A stretch of 64,000 bases of DNA, taken from Mobula hypostoma. Taxonomy: Eukaryota. Location of the stretch: assembly GCF_963921235.1 (NCBI RefSeq), contig NC_086097.1:31932001-31996000 (forward strand). Direction: 5' to 3'. This document shows positions 49,601 to 59,263 of this stretch, piece by piece; position 1 is the first letter of the stretch; each line of letters begins with the position of its first letter. A program made the translations under genes and the position numbers. The notes below the pieces were generated by a model, which searched no databases, was not told the DNA's origin, and saw only the letters and a list, made by a program, of their open reading frames with translations.

Positions 49601-52600
49601 CATCTGTACACCTCCTCATCACCATCTGTACATCTCATCAGCATCTGTACACCTCGTAACCATCTGTACACCTCATCGTCACCATCTGTACACCTCACCA
49701 CCTGTACACCTCACCACCTGTACACCTCACCACCTGTACACCTCACCACCTGTACACCTCACCACTTTACACCTCACCACCTGTACACCTCACTACCTGT
49801 ACACCTCACCACCTGTACACCTCACCATCTGTACACCTCATCATCATTTGTACACCTCAGCACCACCTGTACACCTCACCACCTGTACACCTCACCACTT
49901 GTACACCTCACCACTTGTACACTACACCACCTGTACACCTCACCACTTGTACACCTCACCACCTGTACACATCACCACCTGTACACCTCACCACTTGTAC
50001 ACCTCACCACCTGTACACCTCACCACCTGTACACCTCACCACCTGTACACCTCACCACTTGTACACCTCACCACCTGTACACCTCACCACCTGTACACCT
50101 CACCACCTGTACACCTCACCACCTGTACACCTCACCACCTGTACACCTCACCACTTGTACACCTCACCACCTGTACACCTCATCACAAACATCTGTACAC
50201 CTTATCACCATCTGTACGCCTCATCAGCACCTGTACACCTCATCATCACCACCTGTGCACCTCTTCATCACCACCTGTACACCTCCTCATCACCACATGT
50301 ACACCTCATCACCACACGTACACCTCATCACCACATGTAATGAACCGGAGGTGATTAGAGAGATTGAGGTGAAGGAACCCTTAGGAGACAGTGATCATAA
50401 CATGATTGAGTTCACCGTGAAATTTGAAAAAGAGAAGCCGAAATCTGATGTGTCGGTATTTCAGTGGAGTTAAGGAAATTACAGTGGCATGAGAGAGGAA
50501 CTGGCCAAAGTTGACTGGAAAGGGACACTGGTGGGAAGGACGGCAGAGCAGCAGTGGCTGGAGTTTATGCGAGAAGTGAGGAAGGTGCAAGACAGGTATA
50601 TTCCAAAAAAGAAGAAATTTTCGAATGGAAAAAGGATGCAACCATGGTTGACAAGAGAAGTCAAAGCCAAAGTTAAAGCAAAGGAGAGGGCATACAAGGA
50701 AGCAAAAATTAGTGGGAAGACAGAGGATTGGGAAGTTTTTGAAACCTTACAAAAGGAAACCAAGAAGGTCATTAAGAGGGAAAAGATTAACTATTAACTA
50801 AGGAAGCTAGCAAATAGTATCAAAGAGGATACTAAAAGCTTTTTCAAGTATATAAAGAGTAAAAGACAGGCGAGAGTAGATATAGGACCAATAGAAAATG
50901 ATGCTGGAGAAATTGTAATGGGAGATAAGGAGATGGCAGAGGAACTGAACGACTATTTTGCATCAGTCTTCACTGAGGAAGACATCAGCAGTATACCGGA
51001 CACTCAAGGGTGGCAGGGAAGAGGAGTGTGCGCAGTCACAATTACAACAGAGAAAGTACTCAGGAAGCTGAATAGTCTAAAGGTAGATAAATCTCCCGGA
51101 CCAGATGGAATGCAACCGCGTGTTCCGAAGGAAGTAGCTGTGGAGATTGCAGAGGCATTAGCGATGATCTTCCAAAAGTCGATAGATTCTGGCATGGTTC
51201 CGGAGGACTGGAAGATTGCTAATGTCACTCCGCTATTTAAGAAGGGGGCAAGGAAGCAAAAAGGAAATTATAGACCTGTTAGCTTGACATCGGTCGTTGA
51301 GAAGTTGTTGGAGTCGATTGTCAAGGATGAGGTTACAGAGTACCTGGAGGCATATGACAAGATAGGCAGAACTCAGCATGGATTCCTTAAAGGAAAATCC
51401 TGCCTGACAAACCTATTACAATTTTTTGAGGAAATTACCAGTAGGCTAGACAAGGGAGATGCAGTGGATGTTGTATATTTGGATTTTCAGAAGGCCTTTG
51501 ACAAGGTGCCACACATGAGGCTACTTAACAAGGTAAGAGCCCATGGAATTACGGGAAAGTTACATACGTGGATAGAGTGTTGGCTGATTGGCAGGAAACA
51601 GAGAGTGGGAATAAAGGGATCCTATTCTGGTTGGCTGCCAGTTACCAGTGGTGTTCCACAGGGGTCCGTGTTGGGGCCACTTCTTTTTACATTGTACATC
51701 AACGATTTGGATTATGGAATAGATGGCTTTGTGACTAAGTTTGCTGACGATACAAAGATAGGTGGAGGGGCCGGTAGTGCTGAGGAAACGGAGAGTCTGC
51801 AGAGAGACTTGAATAGATTGGAAGAATGGGCAGAGAAGTGGCAAATGAAATACAATGTTGGAAAGTGTATGGTTATGCACTTTGGCAGAAATAATAAACG
51901 GGCAGACTATTATTTAAATGGGGAAAGAATTCAAAGTTCAGAGATGCAACAGGACTTGGGAGTCCTCGTACAGGATACCCTTAAGGTGAACCTCCAGGTT
52001 GAGTCAGTAGTGAAGAAGGCGAATGCAATGTTGGCATTCATTTCTAGAGGAATAGAGTATAGGAGCAGGGATGTGATGTTGAGGCTCTATAAGGTGCTGG
52101 TGAGACCTCACTTGGAGTACTGTGGGCAGTTTTGGTCTCCTTATTTAAGAAAGGATGTGCTGACATTGGAGAGGGTACAGAGAAGATTCACTAGAATGAT
52201 TCCGGGTTTGAGAGGGCTTTCATATGAGGAACGTTTGTCTGCTCTTGGACTGTATTTCTGGGAGTTTAGAAGAATGAGGGGAGACCTCATAGAAACATTT
52301 CGAATGTTGAAAGGCATGGACAGAGTGGTTGTGGCAAAGTTGTTTCCCATGATGGGGGAGTCTAGTACGAGAGGGTTTGACTTAAGGATTGAAGGCTGCC
52401 CATTCAGAACAGAAATGCGAAGAAATTTTTTTAGTCAGAAGGTGGTGAATCTTTGGAATTTGTTGCCACGGGCGACAGTGGAGTTCAAGTCATTGGGTGT
52501 ATTTAAGGCAGAGATTGATAGGTATCTGAGTAGCCAGGGCATCAAAGGTTATGGTGAGAAGGCGGGGGAGTGGGACTAAATGGGAGAATGGATCAGCTCA

Positions 52601-53470
52601 TGATAAAATGGCGGAGCAGACTCGATGGGCCGAATGGCCAACTTTTGCTCCTTTGTCTTATGTACACCTCATCACCACCACCTGTACACCCCATCATCAC
52701 CACCTGTACACCTCATCACCATCTGTACACCTCATCACCACCTGTACACCCCATCATCACCACCTGTGCACCTCATCACCATCTGTACACCTCATCACCA
52801 TCTGTACACCTCATCACCTGTACACCTCATCACCACCTGTACACCCCATCATCACCACCTGTACACCTCATCACCATCTGTACACCTCATCACCATCTGT
52901 ACACCTCACCACCACCTGTACACCCCATCATCACCACCTGTACACCTCATCACCATCTGTACACCTCATCACCACCTGTACACCTCATCATCACCACCTG
53001 TACACCTCATCATCACCATCTGTACACCCCCTCATCACCACATGTACACCTGCTCGCCATCTGTACACCTCCTCATCACCATCTGTACACATCATCACCA
53101 TCTGTACACCTCATCACCATCTGTACACCTCACCACCACCTGTACACCCCATCATCACCACCTGTACACCTCATCACCATCTGTACACCTCATCACCACC
53201 TGTACACCCCATCATCACCACCTGTACACCTCATCACCATCTGTACACCTCACCACCACCTGTACACCCCATCATCACCACCTGTACACCTCATCACCAC
53301 CTGTACACCCCATCATCACCACCTGTACACCTCATCACCACCTGTACACCTCATCACCATCTGTACACCTCATCACCACCTGTACACCCCCTCATCACCA
53401 CATGTACACCTCCTCACCCTCTGTAGACCTCCTCATTACCACCACCTGTGCAGCTCCTCATCACCATCTG
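31592..53470. repeat. Giant satellite (~19.6 kb excluding the CR1 insert): TGTACA anchor plus a variable CAY-rich spacer; units of 16, 19 or 22 bp
   Basis: TGTACACCTCACCACC, TGTACACCTCATCACCATC and TGTACACCTCCTCATCACCATC units throughout; strongly G-poor + strand. Confidence 0.98.
50340..52659 (+). mobile_element. 5'-truncated CR1 LINE with near-intact ORF2 (end of endonuclease, RT, C-terminus) inserted in the satellite
   Basis: LGDSDHNMIEF; YRPVSLTS; YLDFQKAFDKVPH; GVPQGSVLGP; KFADDTK; one reading frame 50340-52579 with two in-frame TAA (50471, 50795); ATGTA at both junctions (50335-50339, 52660-52664). Confidence 0.97.
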
Positions 53471-53540
53471 AAATCCTGCCAACAATAGTTGTATCATTAA
53501 TAAGTTTATAGATGGCATTTGAGCTGTGCCTAAGTACACC
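53455..53540 (-). mobile_element. Rex1/Babar-like LINE RT catalytic region (right flank of the giant array)
   Basis: Reverse complement reads RHSSNAIYKLINDTTIVGRISDGDEE, a decayed IYKFADDTTI motif (compare 3850-3895). Confidence 0.8.
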
Positions 53541-53544
53541 TTTA

Positions 53545-53810
53545 GCCTCATTTGCTCCAAATTTTCTGGTCTTGTCCTCCTTTGCTCCAAAGAAAAAAGC
53601 CCCAGCTCAATCAACCTTTTGTTATAAGGCACGCTCCCTAATCCTGGCAGAATCCTCATAAATCTCCTCCTCTGCACCCTCTCTAAATTCCACATCCTTT
53701 GTATAATGAGGCAAACAGAACTGAACACAAAATTCCAAGTGTGGTCTAATAAGGGTTTAGTTGAACCACAACGTTACCTTGCGGCCCTTGAACTCAATCC
53801 CCTGACTAAA
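53545..53810 (-). mobile_element. CR1 LINE 3' fragment
   Basis: LERVQRRRFMRILPGLGSVPYNKRLIELGLFSLEQRR. Confidence 0.8.
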
Positions 53811-54609
53811 TAATTATGAAATGAAGCTGAGTCAGATTGTTCTGTAGAGACCTGGGGTGGTTCGATCCAGATTCAAGTGAGTTTTCTGTTATACACACCA
53901 GGCTACAATGAAATTCCATGCTCACGTGGACCATATAAATGATAATAAAAATGCTGGTCAATGCGAGGGTGAATGCAAACTTCTGACTGATGAACGGTTT
54001 ATTACTGACAGCATTTGTAGCTTCTAGTGTGTTCAAGGTGAGAACATGTCTCTGGAATGACTGGGGAGTGGGCCGATGTCTGGGTGGGCAGAGCAAGAGG
54101 GGTGTTAGGTTACCATGCAGAGGTTTGGGCACTCAGTTATAGGGGAGACATTGTCAGGCTGGAGAGGATGCAGAATAGATTTATGAAGGATGCTGCTTAG
54201 ACCAGAGGGTCTGAGTTACAGGGAGGCATTGGCCCTGCTGGATATTAATTCCCTGGAGTGCAGGAGCACAAGGGGTGATGTCATAGAAATTCATAAAATC
54301 ACGGTGGTGTCGCAGTTAGCATGATGCTCTTTCAGCATGAGTAACCTGGCTTCAATTCTGCTGCTGTCTCTCAGGAGTCACACAAACAAAATGCTAGACG
54401 GATTCAGCAGATCAGCCAACATCTATGGAAAGGGAAAAAGAGTCGATGGTAGATACAAGATAAGAGTGGAGAGATTTAAAAGAGACCTGAGAGAGCAGTG
54501 AGTACCTGGAACAAGTTGCCAGAGGAAGTGGTTGAGACAGATAAAATGGCAACACTTAAGAGACATTTGGACAGAGGGGAGAGGTTTGTTCTGGGCTGAA
54601 CACAGCCTC

Positions 54610-55250
54610 TCGCTCTCCTGCCCTCCCCTGACCCTTGACCCCCCCCATGGACCCTCGGGGCCCCCCCCTCACTCCCCGGACCCTCGCCCCACCCCTCCCT
54701 GGGCACTCGCAACCCCCCACCCCCCGGACCCTCACCCCCCCCCACTCCCCGGATCCTGACCCCCCCACTCCCTGGATCCTGACCCTCACACTCCCCGGAC
54801 CCTCGCCCCTCCCCCCACTCCCCAGACCCTTGGACCCCCCAGATCCTCGCAACCCCACTCCCTGGACCCTTACCCCCCTCCCCGGATCCTCAAGGTCCCA
54901 CTCCCCAGACTCTCGCCCCCCCCACCTCCAGACCCTCGCCCCTCCCCCACTCCCCCACTCTCCGGACCCTGTCTCTCCCCACTCCCCAGACCCTGGCTCT
55001 CCCCACTCCCCAGACCCTGGCCCCCCAACTCTCCGGACCCTGGCTCTCCCCACTCCCCGGACCCTGGCCCCCCCACTCTCTGGACCCTCGCCTCCCCCCA
55101 CTCTCCGGACCCTCGCCTCCCCCCACTCCCCTGACCCTCGCCCCCCCCCCCACTACCCGGACCCTGGCCCCCCCACTCCCTGGACCCTCGCTCCCCGCTA
55201 CTCCCCAGATCCTCGCTCCCCGCTACTGCCCAGCCCCTCGCTCTCTGCCT
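54610..55250. repeat. C-rich ~21-bp degenerate minisatellite (CCCCCCACTCCCCGGACCCTCG)
   Basis: Direct reading; G-run rich on the - strand. Confidence 0.9.
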
Positions 55251-56837
55251 AGCTTATCTCACACTTGCTCCAACTCGCGCTCTCTCATTCACTCTGTCTT
55301 TCTCTCTCCCTCTCTCTCGTTCACTCTCACTCTCTGTCTCCCTCACTCTCTCGTTCACTCGCTCATTCACTCCTGCTCCTCTTCTCCCCCTCTGTTTCCT
55401 GAGGTCATCAAATTGGTTTAGATCCCCTGTATTATACTTTTCTCCCTGGGACAGTGTGGAGTTGAAGCAAAATTTGAGTCTTGCTTTGATTCCAAGAGAA
55501 GAGTTTGTTCATTTTTGAAATCAATAAAATGAACAGGCCTCAACTTTGTTCCTGGGCCTGAGATTCCTGTTTGACTTGGATGCCAGCTCTGTGGCAGGAG
55601 TGCAGGAGTTGAGCTGTGTTTGTTCAGATTAACCCGTTTTAATTACACAAGCTCATTAGTGAAGACTAGTCTGGAACCTATGTGTTTCTGCAGTGCTGTG
55701 TGTCTCTCTGTAGTTATGAATGAGTAAACTCTTCAATTAATGTGGGCGATTACCCTCATTATTACAAATCAAACAAAATCTCCTGAGCTGTGGATATTTC
55801 CAGCACCAACTCACCACACCCGCACTGTTGTCAGTTTATGGATGGACAGGGATAAAAATATCCTCACCCAACACCCCCCCCAACCCTCGCATGGCAACCA
55901 GTCCCTGGCGTAACCAGTAGGACAGAGAATTCCTCTCCCTCGCTTCCCTCCCTCTCTGCCTCTGTCTCTTTCTCTCCCTCCTTTACCCTCTCTCCTTCCT
56001 CATCACCTACTCCTCCCATCATCCCCTCTCCCTGCTCTATCTCTCCTTCCCTCTTCACCCATCTCCCCTTTTTCTCCTCCACTACCTCCCCTCTCCTTCT
56101 CCCCCCCTCCCTCTGTCTTTCCCCCTCTGCCTCTCACCCCTTGCTCCCTCTCCATCCTCCTCTCAGGCATTTAAAATAGCACTGAAACAGGCTCTTTGGC
56201 CCCCACATCCAAACTGACCATACTACCTACTCAGCAATTCACCTTTCCTGAGAATGACCCCGGGAATGTAAGGGTAAACGTGTGAGGAGTGTTTTGTTCG
56301 GCTCATTAGAAAGTCAGGAGGCATGGGACTCAGGGAAAGTTGGCTGCGTGGATACAGAATTGACCCCCACGGAAGGCGCTGTTAATGGCGCGCTTTCTGC
56401 GTTTTGGTTGGTGACCAGCGGTGCACAGGAGGGATCTGTTCGGTGACCCCTGCTCTTTGTGACTTTTACAAATGACTTGGACGAGGAGCTGGTAGGTGGG
56501 ATTACTAACTTTGCAGGTGACACCGAGGCTGGTGGTGTTGTGGATGGTTGTTGTAGGTCACACAGAGGATAAAGACAGGATCTAGAGCTGGGTTAAGATG
56601 TAGCAGATGGACTCCAACCCAGAAGCGTGTGAAGTGATTCACTTTGGTAGGTCGAGCTTGAAGGCAGGATACGGGATTAATGCCAGATTCTTAGCAGTGT
56701 AGTCTAACCAGGGTTTAGTAGAGCTGCATCATGACCTCACATCCCCTGAACTCCATCATCTAAATCAGTTTATTCTTTGGAGTGTAGGAGAATGAGAGGC
56801 AACCTTATAGAAATGTTTAAAAATTTGAGAGGCACAG

Positions 56838-57193
56838 GTGATGGTGGTGTCTGAAAAGAGGATGCTGTCCAAGTTGCATGCCATCTTGAACAATGTCTCC
56901 CATCCACTACATAATGTACTGGGTGGGCACAGGAGTACATTCAGCCAGAGACTCATTCCACCGAGATGCAGCACTGAGCGTCATAGGAAGTCATTCCTGC
57001 CTGTAGCCATCAAACTTTACAATTCCTCCCTTGGAAGGTCAGACACCCTGAGCCAATAGGCAGGTCCTGGATTTATTTCATAATTTACATATTACTATTT
57101 AACTACTTATGGTTCTATTACTATTTATTATTTATGGTGCAACTGTAACGAAAACCAATTTCCCCCGGGATCAATAAAGTATGACTATGACTA
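56838..57193 (+). mobile_element. Rex1/Babar-like LINE 3' end with (ATGACT)n-like tail, inserted into a CR1 fragment
   Basis: SHPLH...PRCSTERHRKSFLPVAIKLYNSS; AATAAAGTATGACTATGACTAT; CR1 sequence on both sides. Confidence 0.75.
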
Positions 57194-57550
57194 TAAGGTG
57201 GATGGTAACAGTAGGGATTTAGGGGGAGAGGGGAAAGATATAAAAAGGGACAACTTTTCCACTCAGAGAGTGGTGAGCACGTGAAATGAGCTGCCAGAGG
57301 AAGTAGTTGAGGCCGGTACAATAGTATCATTTAAGAAGCACTTGGACAAGTACATGGAGGGATGTGGGCTGAATGTAGGAAATTGGGACCAGCTGGGTGG
57401 GCAACGTGGACAGCAGGGATTGGTTGGGCTGAAGGGCCTGTGTCTGTGGCACTGGGACTCTGTAATCCTCACCAAACCTCTCCGGAGTCCTCGAACGTCC
57501 CATCAGCCGAGGATGTCGCCTGCGACTGTGGGACCGCCTCTCAAAGCTTT

Positions 57551-57582
57551 GCTAACTGTGATTTGCACTCCCCGTTCTGCAG
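57551..57582 (+). promoter_or_regulatory. Branch point (GCTAAC) and 3' splice site of the last exon in the window
   Basis: GCTAACtgtgatttgcactccccgttctgcAG; branch A about 28 nt from the AG. Confidence 0.6.
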
Positions 57583-57716
57583 AGATGATGGGCAGTGTGT
57601 CGAAGGCATCCTGGAGATCTTTGACATGTTGCTGGCTACGACGTCAAGGTTCCGTGAGCTGAAGCTACAGCACAATGAGTACCTCTGCCTGAAGGCAATG
57701 GTTTTACTCAACTCCA
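57583..57716 (+). CDS. ESR2: Estrogen receptor beta-like, LBD exon
   Basis: ctgcag|A...TCCA|gtgagt; 134 bp; [44 protein letters not shown], nearly identical to human ER-beta [44 protein letters not shown]. Confidence 0.97.
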
Positions 57717-58759
57717 GTGAGTAATGACACCAGCTCCACACGCCGCTCTCCCACGCCCCACCTCGCGCCACCACTAAGTCAGCGGGGCAGACGGGTAACA
57801 GGAACCCCCACCCCAGAGTTCCAAACCTTGTAACCTGCTGCCTCTGTTCATTTAAACCGGCCTCTGAAAGCTTCAGATTACTAAACTTTGGAATGGAATT
57901 GATAACTTTCAACAGGACGGCTGAATATTACTCTCTGCCAGACTGTCCTCTGGGTGTTGACGATTGGTTGAAGCGTAATAGGCAACAATGTACAAGTGGG
58001 AATGGGGTGGGACAGGGAGTGGGGAGTGTCTCAGTGCATAGAGCTGCTGCTTCACTGCAGGTTCGATCCCGACCTGCGGCGCTGTCTGTGTGGAGTCTGC
58101 ATGCTCTCCGTGTGACCGTGTGGGTTTCCCCAGGGTGCTCCAGTTTCCTCAGAAGGTCAGAGGGTTAATCGGACCCTGTAAATTGCCCCTCGGGTGTGGG
58201 TGAGGGTAATTTACAGCGGCCGACTGGAGGTCTGTGACTAGTGGTGTTCTCCAGGGATCCATACTGGGATCTCTGTTGTTTGTGCTAGGTATAAATACCA
58301 TGGACAAAAACACAGATGGGTAGGTTTGTAAGTCCACATGATACAGATATTATTGGTGTTGTGGACAGTGTAGAAGACTGCTAAAGAATACAGCGGGATA
58401 TAGATCAGTTATCAATATGGGCTGAGAAATGGCAAATGGAGCTTCATCAAACAAAGGTGAGGTGTTGCACTTTCAGGAGTCAAACGTAAAGAGACAGTTC
58501 ACTGTTAATGGCATCAGATAAGCAGCATTCACCAAAAAAAGCATAAATTAAGCCAACTATACTGCTTAAGGAAACACAATTAGAACAAAAAAAAGCCTAT
58601 TTAGTGCAAAGTGGTCATGGTGTTGCTATACTGAGGTTGTGATTTGGGTTGTGCTGGTTGGTTCAAGAACTGACTGATCAGCCATGATCTTATTAAATGG
58701 CGGAGCAGGCTCTACGAACCAGATGGCCTACTCCTGCCCCTGTGTCTTGTGTTCTTATA

Positions 58760-58985
58760 GCTGGTTGAAGGGAAGCAGCCGTTCTTGAAGCTAGTGATGT
58801 GGGGCTTCAGGCTTCTGTACCTCCTGCAGATGGGAGCTGCGAAAAGGTGGCATGGCCCATACGGTGGGGACATTTGATGATGGAGATTGCCTTCCTGAGG
58901 CAGCACCTCCTGTAGACAGCACTGATGGTGAGGAGGGATGAGCCCGTGATGTATTGGGCTGCGTCCACTGTTTTCCAGCATGCTG
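58760..58985 (-). mobile_element. Rex1/Babar-like LINE 3' fragment
   Basis: VDAAQYITGSSLLTISAVYRRCCLRKAISIIKCPHRMGHATFSQLPS. Confidence 0.7.
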
Positions 58986-59225
58986 CCCAATACCGCATTT
59001 ACACTGGCTTGTTCTGAGTGTTAATGACCTGAGTTTCAGCTGTAGTTCCGACACCCAGACGCTGCCCTACCTGTAGGGCATCAGCAGCTAGAGCCAGCCA
59101 GGTCTTGACCCCAAAGCTCGAATGTCCATTCCCCTCCTCAGGTGCTGCTTATCCCCCAGAGTTCCTCCAGTGGCTGATTCTCAGCCAATTCTGCAGCTCA
59201 GGCAGCATCTGTGGAGGGGAATAAT

Positions 59226-59263
59226 CAGCTGACATTTCAGGCTGAGACCCTTCATCAGAACCA
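59226..59263 (-). ncRNA. Putative minimal type I hammerhead ribozyme of a Penelope-like pseudo-LTR
   Basis: Minus strand reads TGGTT-CTGATGA-AGGGTCTCAGCCT-GAAAT-GTC-AGCTG: intact CUGAUGA and GAAA cores, GUC site, weakened stems. Confidence 0.6.

Noticed and set aside
31474..50473. Very long His/Pro/Thr-rich ORFs (up to 1601 aa) in all three + frames
   Set aside because: The satellite units contain almost no TAA/TAG/TGA on the + strand and have 3n+1 lengths, so every frame is open and encodes the same rotating peptide. The region is intronic and there is no coding signal.
45668..52579. Apparent satellite-CR1 ORF2 fusion protein
   Set aside because: In-frame joining is expected by chance because all satellite frames are open; stops at 50471 and 50795 interrupt it.
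54476..55252. Gly/Pro-rich collagen- or extensin-like ORFs (also 28806-29414)
   Set aside because: Low-complexity C-rich repeats; no Gly-X-Y periodicity or splice support.
6317..57716. Calling the gene ESR1 or an ERR
   Set aside because: The D-box PATNQ and LBD are ER-type. The 300-bp hinge exon, RRxRCxYR hinge and FRELKLQH are beta-type, although exact orthology is unproven.
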